Shown here: positions 30,303-38,970 of the stretch, piece by piece
Layout: the number at the start of each line of letters is the position of its first letter
How positions within the stretch are numbered: position 1 is the first letter of the stretch
Position numbers and translations under genes: made by a program
DNA from: an uncultured Spartobacteria bacterium
GTDB lineage: Bacteria > Verrucomicrobiota > Verrucomicrobiia > Chthoniobacterales > UBA6821
Direction: 5' to 3'
Assembly (NCBI GenBank): GCA_903823215.1
Contig: CAIJRY010000142.1
Span: 1-52,218, forward strand
DNA length: 52,218 nucleotides
The notes under the pieces: generated by a model
What the model saw: the letters and a program-made list of their open reading frames with translations, nothing else
Databases searched by the model: none
Told to the model about the DNA's origin: nothing

Positions 30303-30953
30303 ATGAAGCAGCGGATTGTGCTGCTCGGTCCTCCCGCATCAGGGAAAGGGACACAGGCTGAGTTACTTGTTTCCTCTTTTGGTATTCCCCATGTTTCCAC
30401 AGGTGCGCTGCTGCGTGTCGAGTGTGCAAATGGCACATCTGTTGGCAAGGAGGCAGATCGTTGGACTTCTCAGGGATTACTTGTTCCTGATGAACTTGCC
30501 ATCAGATTGATCACAATTTGGATCGCCGAACATGGAACGAAGTTTCTTTTTGATGGGTTTCCCCGGACGGTGGCTCAGGCCGAAAGTCTTGACACCGCTC
30601 TCGCTGCACTGCGTGCGCCGCTTGATCTTGTGATCGTCCTTGAACTTGGCGAGGAGGAGATTTGTCGCCGTATTGCTTCGCGACTTTCCTGCCTTCACTG
30701 CGGAGCCACCTTTAGCTGTATGCTTAATTCTTTGAAGGTAGGCGATATGTGTCTCCGATGTGGTGAAAAATTGCTTCGTCGAACTGATGATCAACCTGCT
30801 GCCGTTGAGAAACGCCTGGAATCGTATCGAGAGCTGACCTTCCCGGTCATCGGTTATTATGAACGCACTGCGCCGGAATTGATTCATCGCGTGGATGCCA
30901 GTATGGAAAGCGATGCTGTATTTTCTGAAATCTGCGAACTGATACGATCATGA
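30303..30953 (+). CDS. adk: adenylate kinase (four-Cys lid)
   Basis: P-loop LLGPPASGKGTQA, FLFDGFPRT, and a lid with CLHCG...CLRCG. Confidence 0.93.
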   Translation: MKQRIVLLGPPASGKGTQAELLVSSFGIPHVSTGALLRVECANGTSVGKEADRWTSQGLLVPDELAIRLITIWIAEHGTKFLFDGFPRTVAQAESLDTALAALRAPLDLVIVLELGEEEICRRIASRLSCLHCGATFSCMLNSLKVGDMCLRCGEKLLRRTDDQPAAVEKRLESYRELTFPVIGYYERTAPELIHRVDASMESDAVFSEICELIRS

Positions 30954-31007
30954 CCGATTTTTCCAGCTTCCCTACCGTGCAGTATTGCTGGATTCTACAA
31001 ATGTTTT

Positions 31008-31772
31008 ATGTCGCTCATTCCGATTAAATCACCCGCTGAAATTGAGAAGATGCGTGCTGCAGGACAGGCGGCTGCGATTGTATTAGATCGTCTTGCAAAG
31101 TTAGTTGCCCCAGGTGTCACGACTGGAGAGATCGACCGTGCTGCGGGAGAGTTTATGGCAGAGCTGGGAGGAAAGAGTGCTTTCCTTGGGTACCGAAAAT
31201 TTCCAGGACAAATTTGCATCTCGGTAAACGAGGAGGTGGTCCATGGGATCGGCGGTACGCGTCGATTGGCCTATGGTGATATCGTCAAAATCGATACGGG
31301 GGTGATTCTCAACGGTTATATTGGTGACACTGCCACCACGGTGCCCTGCGGTGCTGTGGATCCGGAAACAGAACGACTCTGCACTGCGACAAAAAAAATT
31401 TTGGAAGGGGCGATTCCCTTCGCCGTGGCAGGGCGGAAACTTGGAGATCTGAGTCACTATATCGAGACGGAGGCCCTCAGGCAGGGACTCGGAGTCGTTC
31501 GTGAGTTTGTGGGGCATGGTGTGGGTCGCAAGCTGCATGAGGAACCTCAGATCCCAAACTATGGGCGTCTTGGTTCCGGGCCGCGGCTCAAGGCCGGAAT
31601 GACACTGGCGATTGAGCCGATGATCAACCTGGGGGCTGAGGGGGTCAGGATTCTGGATGACAAATGGACGGTGGTGACGGCGGATGGGAAACCCTCCGCC
31701 CATTTCGAGCACACAATTTTAGTGACAGAAAATGCACCGGAGGTCTTGACATGCCTGCCACTTATAGCTTAA
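31008..31772 (+). CDS. map: type I methionine aminopeptidase
   Basis: VHGI.....L..GDIV.ID.G....GY.GD.A.T, GHG.G...HE.P.IPNY and EPM.N motifs. Confidence 0.93.
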   Translation: MSLIPIKSPAEIEKMRAAGQAAAIVLDRLAKLVAPGVTTGEIDRAAGEFMAELGGKSAFLGYRKFPGQICISVNEEVVHGIGGTRRLAYGDIVKIDTGVILNGYIGDTATTVPCGAVDPETERLCTATKKILEGAIPFAVAGRKLGDLSHYIETEALRQGLGVVREFVGHGVGRKLHEEPQIPNYGRLGSGPRLKAGMTLAIEPMINLGAEGVRILDDKWTVVTADGKPSAHFEHTILVTENAPEVLTCLPLIA

Positions 31773-31990
31773 AACATTCGGCCCTTGTCGTAGAGAAACT
31801 GTCCAAAGCCCGCTTCCGTGTGGAGTTGGCTGGAGGCAGAAGGATACTGACTACGGTCTCAGGCTTGCTGCGTTTGAAATTCACTCGCATTCTTCCTGGG
31901 CATCATGTAGTTGTCAGTGTTTCTCCTTACGATCTCAATAAGGGAACAATCATCCAGCGACTTCCAAGTCTTCAATCCACCCAACAATAA
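31751..31990 (+). CDS. infA: translation initiation factor IF-1
   Basis: S1-like core VVEKLSKARFRVELAGGRRILTTVSGLLRLKFTRILPGHHVVVSVSPYDLNKGTII.R. The start is trimmed to ATG 31751, which overlaps the map 3' end by 22 nt. The sequence is more divergent than usual for IF-1. Confidence 0.8.
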   Translation: MPATYSLKHSALVVEKLSKARFRVELAGGRRILTTVSGLLRLKFTRILPGHHVVVSVSPYDLNKGTIIQRLPSLQSTQQ

Positions 31991-32044
31991 AACTGACCTT
32001 CGTAACGGCCTAGGCCGACGCCATTTTTTACTCTATTACCAAGC

Positions 32045-32158
32045 ATGAAAGTACGAGCTTCCGTAAAACGCCTTTGCGAAACCTGCAAGATTGTCCGCCG
32101 CAACAATGTGGTGCGTGTTGTCTGCAAAAACCCCCGTCACAAACAACGCCAGGGCTAA
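32045..32158 (+). CDS. rpmJ: 50S ribosomal protein L36
   Basis: Not in the ORF track because it is too short. Translated by hand: [37 protein letters not shown] (37 aa), with the Cys/His zinc-ribbon pattern of L36. It sits between infA and rpsM as expected. Confidence 0.92.
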   Translation: MKVRASVKRLCETCKIVRRNNVVRVVCKNPRHKQRQG

Positions 32159-32193
32159 TTGCCACGGCATTCACACCATACAGAACCACGATC

Positions 32194-32571
32194 ATGCCAC
32201 GACTCCTCGGCGTAGAAATCCCCGGTGACAAGCGCATCGAAGCCTCGCTTGTTTACATTTACGGAATCGGTCCCAAAACCTCAAAGCGCGTCCTTGAGCA
32301 AGCCAATATCAATCCGGATATCCGAGCCAAGGAACTCTCTCCCGAGCAGATAGGTTCCCTCATCTCAGCCATCACGGCGCAGAAGGTGACAATCGAAGGC
32401 GATCTCCGCAGAGAGATCCAAGGCAACCTGAAGAGGCTTCAGGCAATCAACTGCTACCGTGGCCTGCGCCACCGTCGTGGCCTTCCCGTTCGCGGTCAGC
32501 GCACCCAGACCAATGCTCGCACCCGCAAGGGACCGCGTAAGACCGTGGGTGTTGTCCGTGCCAAGGATTAA
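32194..32571 (+). CDS. rpsM: 30S ribosomal protein S13
   Basis: [25 protein letters not shown]...S..........R...L.......[22 protein letters not shown]. The start is trimmed to ATG 32194. Confidence 0.95.
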   Translation: MPRLLGVEIPGDKRIEASLVYIYGIGPKTSKRVLEQANINPDIRAKELSPEQIGSLISAITAQKVTIEGDLRREIQGNLKRLQAINCYRGLRHRRGLPVRGQRTQTNARTRKGPRKTVGVVRAKD

Positions 32572-32611
32572 CATCAATCCAGCATCCGTTCAGAAATAGC
32601 ATAGACCATTC

Positions 32612-33247
32612 ATGTCCGAAGAAACGCCCGTCACACCAGAAACTCCCGCTCCAGCATCCGAGAGCCTCTCGCAGGATGCAAAACGCCACGAGGAGACTAA
32701 GGAGCATCATCCGGTAGCGGCTGAAGCCGCACAAGCTGCAGCCGTCGCCGAGACAGCCGCAGCTCCCAAAGCCGAAAAGCCAAAGACCAAGAAGAGCAAG
32801 GAAAAGAAGACAGAGGAAGCTGCTCCTGCTGCTCCTGTGAGCTTCAATCTTGATGATCCGATCGAGCCGCCCAAGATTGTCAAAGCCAAGGGCAGTAAGA
32901 ATATCACGCACGGCATCGCTCATGTGCAGGCTACCTTCAACAACACCATCGTCAGCATCACCGACCTTCGCGGAGCGGTGATCGGATGGGCAAGTGCCGG
33001 CAAGATGGGATTCAAGGGATCCCGTAAGAGCACTGCCTACGCAGCCCAGATGGTTGCTCAGGATGCCTGCCGTCAGGCCATGGGTCACGGTCTCAAGGAA
33101 GTCCAGGTCCGTGTCAAAGGTCCGGGATCAGGCCGTGAATCCGCTGTTCGTGCCATGCAGGCCATCGGACTTGAAATCTCTGTCATTCAGGATGTGACCC
33201 CGGTTCCACATAACGGATGCCGCCCTCCCAAACAGCGCCGCGTCTAA
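32612..33247 (+). CDS. rpsK: 30S ribosomal protein S11 with a long low-complexity N-terminal extension
   Basis: The conserved core begins near residue 98 ([21 protein letters not shown]....[17 protein letters not shown]) and ends ...[15 protein letters not shown]. It is preceded by about 80 aa rich in Ala, Glu, Lys and Pro, in frame from ATG 32612. Confidence 0.9.
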   Translation: MSEETPVTPETPAPASESLSQDAKRHEETKEHHPVAAEAAQAAAVAETAAAPKAEKPKTKKSKEKKTEEAAPAAPVSFNLDDPIEPPKIVKAKGSKNITHGIAHVQATFNNTIVSITDLRGAVIGWASAGKMGFKGSRKSTAYAAQMVAQDACRQAMGHGLKEVQVRVKGPGSGRESAVRAMQAIGLEISVIQDVTPVPHNGCRPPKQRRV

Positions 33248-33288
33248 GTCGATCAACCACATCCTTTACCCACTAATTTTCTTATCCC

Positions 33289-33900
33289 ATGGCCCGTCAT
33301 ACTGGACCCAAAACAAAAGTCAGCCGTCGTTACGGCGTACTCCTCGCCGGATCAGCTCGTGCATTCGAGAACAAGCCCTATGCTCCCGGACAACACGGCC
33401 CCAAAGGATCCCGCCGCAAGATTTCCGAATATGGAACAGCTCTCGCTGAAAAGCAGAAGCTGCGTTTTCAGTACGGAGTCTTGGAGCGTCAGTTCCGTCG
33501 CTACTTTGAGACGGCACTCAAGACCCGCGGCATCACGGGGTTGATCCTGCTACAGATTCTTGAAACCCGTCTTGACAATGTCGTCTACAGACTTGGTTTT
33601 TCCAAGACGCGTGCCGGAGCCCGTCAACTTGTCGCTCATGGTCATGTTTCCCTGAATGGCCGCAAGACCGATATTTCCTCGGCTACCCTCAAGGTGGGTG
33701 ATGTGGTTGCCATCCGCGCAAAGGATGGTTCCAAGCGACTTGCCCAGCGGGGTCTTGAGCAGACGCAGATTGTAGAGCCTCCTGATTGGCTGCTTGTGGA
33801 CAAGGAAAACCTAACTGGCAAAGTCGTGCGGATCCCCACTCGTGAAGAGATCAATCCCGTGGTCAATGAGCAACTGGTGGTCGAGTTGTACTCACGCTAA
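33289..33900 (+). CDS. rpsD: 30S ribosomal protein S4
   Basis: MARHTGPK.K.SRR.G......EKQKLRF.YGV.ERQFR.YF, and an S4 RNA-binding domain LE.RLDNVVYRLGF...R..ARQLV.HGH...NG. Confidence 0.95.
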   Translation: MARHTGPKTKVSRRYGVLLAGSARAFENKPYAPGQHGPKGSRRKISEYGTALAEKQKLRFQYGVLERQFRRYFETALKTRGITGLILLQILETRLDNVVYRLGFSKTRAGARQLVAHGHVSLNGRKTDISSATLKVGDVVAIRAKDGSKRLAQRGLEQTQIVEPPDWLLVDKENLTGKVVRIPTREEINPVVNEQLVVELYSR

Positions 33901-33922
33901 GACACTTCTGTTTTTGATGAAA

Positions 33923-33956
33923 AGCCCCCGGATCATCCGGGGGCTTTTTGTTTTTT
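33923..33956 (+). terminator. intrinsic terminator closing the ribosomal protein supercluster
   Basis: AGCCCCCGG (33923-33931) pairs with CCGGGGGCT (33937-33945). The loop is 5 nt and TTTTGTTTTTT follows. Confidence 0.85.
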
Positions 33957-33972
33957 ATCAGGAACGGTATGG

Positions 33973-35184
33973 TTGCTTCGCATGAGAAGGATGTACCACA
34001 ATGCATGGTTAATACTGCCTCCGCATCTGCGTTCGGGGGAGGGATTTCTCTCGGAAGAGGATGGTCTTATTCGGAGTGTGGTAATCAGGGCAGGGAAAGC
34101 TGATTTTGAAGATCTACTGAGCCTGGAGAAGCAACTTTGTGATGAGGAGATAGATTGTCAGGGTGATTATCTCTCGCCTGGCCTGATTGATCTTCACTGC
34201 CATGGAGCCCTTGGCCGAGACACCATGGAAGCCACTCAGGAGGCCTTTGATGTCATCCTGAATTATCACGCGACTCGTGGAACGACACTTGCCGTTTTGA
34301 CCACTGTGGCGGCCTCTTTAAGCGAAATCCAAGGTGTGCTATCCCTTGCAGAGAGGTATCAACAAGAAAGGAACAATCCGTTTTTCGCAGGAATTCATCT
34401 GGAAGGCCCCTATTTCTCTCCTCTCCGTCTGGGAGCGCATCGACGGGCGATGCTGCGTCAGCCCTCTCCAAAAGAAACAGAAGCGCTGTTGAAGTATGCC
34501 GGGGTGATTTTGAGAATCACACTTGCTCCGGAACTTCCTGGAGTCATCGAATCCATACCGTTCCTTTTACGCCACGGGATCGCTGTCAGTGCTGGACATT
34601 CCAATGCCATGCATGATGAGGCACTCGCTGGATTTTCCGCCGGGATCACGCAAGTCACCCATCTCTATAACTGCATGTCTTCGCTTCATAGTAAAAAGGG
34701 ACGCCGCTTCACGGGATTAGCAGAGGCGGCTCTGACGACGCCGGGTGTGCTTTGCGAGGTGATTGCCGATGGGAGGCACCTCTCGCCGACATTGCTCCGT
34801 CTGGCCTGGCTTGCCAAGGGATGGGAAGGGATCGCAATTGTTTCCGATGCGACTGCGGGAGCAGGCCTCTCGGAAGGAGCTTCGTTTCAACTTGGCGGCT
34901 TACTCTGCAGGATTCAACAGGGAGAGGCATTGACGGGGGTGGGAGAGGATCAACGACTGGCGGGTAGCACCATCGGAATGATCGACGGTGTGAGGGGAAT
35001 GGTGGAGGGGGCTCAGTCTTCGCTTGAGGAGGCGGTGGCAATGGCTTCACTCGTCCCTGCACGAGCCTTGAATCTTGAACATTCAAGAGGATCACTTGAA
35101 GTGGGAAAGAGGAGCGATCTGATACGATTTAGGGAAGATTGGCAGATTCGGGGTGTTTGGTCCGCAGGAGAAAAGATCGTTTGA
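33973..35184 (+). CDS. nagA: N-acetylglucosamine-6-phosphate deacetylase
   Basis: GLIDLHCHGA, IHLEGPYFSP, AGHSNA, THLYNCMS and VSDA blocks of the amidohydrolase NagA family. The start is ambiguous: TTG 33973, ATG 33982 or ATG 33991. Confidence 0.85.
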   Translation: MLRMRRMYHNAWLILPPHLRSGEGFLSEEDGLIRSVVIRAGKADFEDLLSLEKQLCDEEIDCQGDYLSPGLIDLHCHGALGRDTMEATQEAFDVILNYHATRGTTLAVLTTVAASLSEIQGVLSLAERYQQERNNPFFAGIHLEGPYFSPLRLGAHRRAMLRQPSPKETEALLKYAGVILRITLAPELPGVIESIPFLLRHGIAVSAGHSNAMHDEALAGFSAGITQVTHLYNCMSSLHSKKGRRFTGLAEAALTTPGVLCEVIADGRHLSPTLLRLAWLAKGWEGIAIVSDATAGAGLSEGASFQLGGLLCRIQQGEALTGVGEDQRLAGSTIGMIDGVRGMVEGAQSSLEEAVAMASLVPARALNLEHSRGSLEVGKRSDLIRFREDWQIRGVWSAGEKIV

Positions 35185-35324
35185 GGAAGACGAGAAGACC
35201 ATTCGTTGAAATTCCCTTGAGGCAAGAGCTTGCCCGATGGCCCAGTTCATGGAAATGATTCTCGATCGCACGACATCGTTACAGCTGGGAGGAGGGGGAG
35301 GTTCGTCGCAAAAGACCATGGTTT

Positions 35325-37784
35325 TTGCGACTCTGGTTTCTTGTGCCGGTGTTCCTGCTCGGGATTGCCTGCCTGTCCGCTCTTGTGGGATACGGATGGC
35401 TTGTCTCGGAGTTTTCCGCCAAGGCTGAGTCCTTTGATCTGAGCAAGCTTCCCAAGATGGAATCGGCCAGTGTGATTCTGGATCGTTCGGGTCAGCAAAT
35501 GGGAAAAATTTTCATTCAGAACAGACTTCCGGTTGCCTATGATCAGATTCCCAAGGAGATGGTCAATGCCGTGGTCGCGGAGGAGGATAATCGTTTCTTT
35601 GAGCATCATGGGGTCGACTACTATGGTGTGCTTCGAGCAGCCATCAGTAACTATCGTCAGGGAAGGGTGAAGCAGGGAGCCAGCACGGTGACGCAGCAGT
35701 TGGCGCGTAATTCCTTTGATCTGAAAGAGAGAACCTTCCGGCGCAAGATACTGGAAATGTTTGTGGCACGGCGGATCGAGGACCACCTCACCAAAGATAA
35801 AATCATGGAGCTCTATCTGAACCGTGTCTATTTCGGCAGTGGTTTCTATGGCGTGGAAGCTGCGGCGCGGGGATACTTTGGAAAATCCGCCAAGGGAATG
35901 AGTGTGGGAGAGTGCGCGATGCTGGCGGGATTACTAAAAAGTCCCAACGGACTCTCTCCGTGGAATAATCCCACAGGAGCAAAAAAAGTCCGTGATTTCG
36001 TACTTACCAGAATGAGGGAGATGCGATTGATCACCCGGGAGGAACTCGAGAGCGCACTGGAACTTCCCCTTTCCGTGCGCAAGAGAACCAATCCGAACAG
36101 AGTTTCCTATGCGATCGACCTGGTGCGTCAGCAGGCGATTGCGGCGCTCGGATACGACAGGGCAATGAATGAAGGGGTCAGGATTCAGACCACCTTCGAT
36201 GCCAAGATGCAGATGGCTGCTGAACACTCCCTCCATGCACATCTTGATTCCGTCGAACATCAGCCTGGGTACAATCATCTGACCTACGAACGCTACCGTC
36301 AGATCAATCAGAATCTGGAGGTAGCGGCACAAAGGGGAGAGCCTGTCACCATGCCTGCTCCTGGGTATCTGCAGGGAGCCGTGCTCGCAGTCGATAACAA
36401 CACGGGGGGTATCTTAGCTCTGGCCGGTGGCCGTGATTTTCTTCACAGCGAATACAACCGCGCTCTTCAGGGGCGACGACCTCCCGGCACCCTCTTCACG
36501 CCGATGCTCGCAGCCGCAGCCTATGCCAAGGGAATCTTCCCCGGTGATACCGTCGATGATGCCTGCATCGATAATCGGTTTGTCATGATCGGGGGAGACA
36601 GTGGAATCCTCGGAGAGTGGGGTGTGGAGAGGTCGGATAATGAATATGAAGGCCCGATGCCCTCCAGTGAAGCTGTTGCCCGAGGTAAGAATGCCGCCGT
36701 GGTGCGACTCGGGTTTATGACCGGGCTGGATGCGGTGGAAAAATTCTGCAAGGACGCTGGCATCCGCTCCCCGCTTCGTGATGTTGCTAATGCCTATCTC
36801 GGTTCCAGTGAAATGACCCTCGATGAACTCACCCTTGCCTACACGGTATTTCCCGGAGGAGGGAGTCGTCCTGCGAAGCTCTTCACGATCACCCGTATCA
36901 CTGATCCCGAGGGGAACCTGTTGTACGAGAATCCTGTGACCCGCATTCCTGTCATTTCTGCTGAGGCTGCCTATCAGGTGCATACAGTGCTTGAGAAAGC
37001 TCTGCACAAAGCCTATTCCCCGGAGGCTACCAGCGCGGGGATTGCCACCAATTCTCCATTGGCTGGCAAATCAGGCACGGCTTATGATTTTACCGACACA
37101 TGGTTTATCGGCTACTCAAGTGCCGTGACTTGCGGTGTCTGGGTGGGATTTGACAAACCGACCAAAATCTATCGTGGGGCCTTTGGCAAGGATCTGGCTC
37201 TGCCGATCTGGGCACAAGTGATGAATGCTTCGCTGCCACTTTTCCCAACACGCATTCTGCAGGTTCCTCAGGGGCTCAAGCCTGTTGAAATCTGCCGTAC
37301 TTCAGGGCTTCTACCTGCTCAGGAGTGTAGAAAAACACATGGCCTGATCGCCACCGAGTATGCCACAGCCGAAGAGGTGCCCACAGTGCCGTGTGATATC
37401 CATGGAGGAGGAGTAAGGGATTACAGCAAGGGAATTGATCAGGAGGAATGGCCGCGTGCAGCCGCCGTTATCGACCTCACGCGCATTCGACCAGTGACCG
37501 TGAACGCTCCTACCTTGCTTGCTCAAAACGACCTCTATCGCTCCGTGAATCCCGTGATGCGTGGAGGGTCGGTGGATGAATCGGGGATTAAGGTTGCGCG
37601 TGCCACAACCCCGGATGGAAAAGATCCGGATGCTAACGCCACCAATCAGGTGTCAACCAATGCTCCTGTTGCCAAACCGGGTGAAGAAAAAGAAGTCCGC
37701 AAAGCGGAGGCCGTTCGGCCGATGGATTTGCCAACCGGAGCCCCGGTGATGGCATTGCCCGCCCCCAAACCCGCCGACTTTTAA
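35325..37784 (+). CDS. mrcA: class A penicillin-binding protein (GT51 glycosyltransferase plus a transpeptidase-like domain with a degenerate active site)
   Basis: N-terminal TM anchor. GT51 motifs EDNRFFEHHG, GASTVTQQLARN, RRKILEM and KDKIMELYLNRVYFG are present. In the transpeptidase region only KSGT is retained. The positions expected for SxxK and SxN read TLFT and GKN. TTG start at 35325. Confidence 0.85.
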   Translation: MRLWFLVPVFLLGIACLSALVGYGWLVSEFSAKAESFDLSKLPKMESASVILDRSGQQMGKIFIQNRLPVAYDQIPKEMVNAVVAEEDNRFFEHHGVDYYGVLRAAISNYRQGRVKQGASTVTQQLARNSFDLKERTFRRKILEMFVARRIEDHLTKDKIMELYLNRVYFGSGFYGVEAAARGYFGKSAKGMSVGECAMLAGLLKSPNGLSPWNNPTGAKKVRDFVLTRMREMRLITREELESALELPLSVRKRTNPNRVSYAIDLVRQQAIAALGYDRAMNEGVRIQTTFDAKMQMAAEHSLHAHLDSVEHQPGYNHLTYERYRQINQNLEVAAQRGEPVTMPAPGYLQGAVLAVDNNTGGILALAGGRDFLHSEYNRALQGRRPPGTLFTPMLAAAAYAKGIFPGDTVDDACIDNRFVMIGGDSGILGEWGVERSDNEYEGPMPSSEAVARGKNAAVVRLGFMTGLDAVEKFCKDAGIRSPLRDVANAYLGSSEMTLDELTLAYTVFPGGGSRPAKLFTITRITDPEGNLLYENPVTRIPVISAEAAYQVHTVLEKALHKAYSPEATSAGIATNSPLAGKSGTAYDFTDTWFIGYSSAVTCGVWVGFDKPTKIYRGAFGKDLALPIWAQVMNASLPLFPTRILQVPQGLKPVEICRTSGLLPAQECRKTHGLIATEYATAEEVPTVPCDIHGGGVRDYSKGIDQEEWPRAAAVIDLTRIRPVTVNAPTLLAQNDLYRSVNPVMRGGSVDESGIKVARATTPDGKDPDANATNQVSTNAPVAKPGEEKEVRKAEAVRPMDLPTGAPVMALPAPKPADF

Positions 37785-37804
37785 GTTGATGGCTTTTGGC
37801 GAGG

Positions 37805-37910
37805 AGCGACATTGCTCGGCACTCGCAGTGTGTTTCACACAGCTTCGCTCGGCGACCCGCCACGACATCGAAACTTCCGGCGCCTTATCTTGTTGGGCGT
37901 GCTTTCACGA
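37805..37910. repeat. structured intergenic repeat, copy B (related to 11355..11475)
   Basis: Lies between the convergent PBP and opcA stops. See copy A for the shared colinear blocks. Confidence 0.55.
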
Positions 37911-37920
37911 CCTATCTAGT

Positions 37921-38970
37921 TTATCCCCAGAGTGACTGAACTACTTTGACTGCGCGATTGTAGAGGGCGTGTTGGCTATTGCGGGAAAGTTCGAGGAGTA
38001 GAAGCTCGTTGATTTCCTCTCTCGGGGCGCGCACTTTACGGGTGGCTGTGGTGAGACAGTCACCCTCAGCTTTCGTTACATAGAGATCGGATTCAATCTC
38101 ATGAAGTGCTTCAAAGCTGGCGCGAGAGGATGTCAACAGGACTCGGCTGATACTGGCTTTCTCCCCCGTTGCGGATTGGTGCAGGGCAAAGGAGATTTTC
38201 TCTCCACGGGCATCCTGAAATTCAGGATGGTCTCCGGCTTGGGTCAGTTTCCACACGAGTCTGTCTGCGAGCCAACCAACAAGTAGGAGAGCGGTAACGC
38301 GGAAACTGGGAGCATAATGGATCTCAAGGCTCTTGATGTTCTGAAGCTCTGGAAGGGCGCAGGAGGAATCAAAAATCCCGGCGATCGCTTGGCGAAGAGG
38401 GAATGTCCTTGTCCAGTTAAGATCGCAGAGGATGGTGCGTGTCTCCGAGATTGCGGCTATTTTGCTGACAAGCTCAAACTGATCCTTGGGATTCTGCCAG
38501 ATTTGGCTGTCAAAGAGGAGTCGATCGACCCAACGCCAAAGCTTTCCATCAATGGGAGGACGGAAGTCGGCCTGCCACCAGAGGATCAAGGGAAGATCGG
38601 AATCGAGGTGGGAAAAAACCACGCTTTGCAGGGAGCGAGCAGCTTCACCCCTGAGTTCAAAGGAGATTTGTTCACTGCACACTTCGCCTCCCTTGGCTCC
38701 CCGCAGATAGCAGTTCATGCTGATCCATGCCTCTGCAGAGCTGCCATGTGCCGTAAGATCTGCCTGGATGAGAAGTGCCCGCATGGCATGCTCTCCTGCG
38801 ATCCCCTGAATGACAGCATTGTTCCTTTCCAAAGCACCCCCATCCTCGCTGTAGATAGCAAGATTGATGAGGGAGGCTCGGGTCTTGCTCTCGCCACTCT
38901 CATCCCAGAGTTGGCCAAGCGCCTTTTCAATGCCGCCAATCGGCACAGGAATGCCGGGAGTGAAGCTCAC
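37921..38970 (-). CDS. opcA: glucose-6-phosphate dehydrogenase assembly protein OpcA
   Basis: Lies immediately downstream of zwf. The IEKALGQLWDE...TRASLINLAIY... pattern matches OpcA. The start is trimmed to the GTG at 38970, preceded by GGAGGAG and overlapping the zwf stop (ATGTGA / GTG), which implies translational coupling. Confidence 0.75.
   Translation of the reverse strand: MSFTPGIPVPIGGIEKALGQLWDESGESKTRASLINLAIYSEDGGALERNNAVIQGIAGEHAMRALLIQADLTAHGSSAEAWISMNCYLRGAKGGEVCSEQISFELRGEAARSLQSVVFSHLDSDLPLILWWQADFRPPIDGKLWRWVDRLLFDSQIWQNPKDQFELVSKIAAISETRTILCDLNWTRTFPLRQAIAGIFDSSCALPELQNIKSLEIHYAPSFRVTALLLVGWLADRLVWKLTQAGDHPEFQDARGEKISFALHQSATGEKASISRVLLTSSRASFEALHEIESDLYVTKAEGDCLTTATRKVRAPREEINELLLLELSRNSQHALYNRAVKVVQSLWG

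Noticed and set aside
37633-37868. Two overlapping - strand ORFs of 71 and 76 aa across the PBP 3' end and repeat B
   Set aside because: They are artefacts of the GC-rich repeat. They overlap a well-supported CDS and have no start context.
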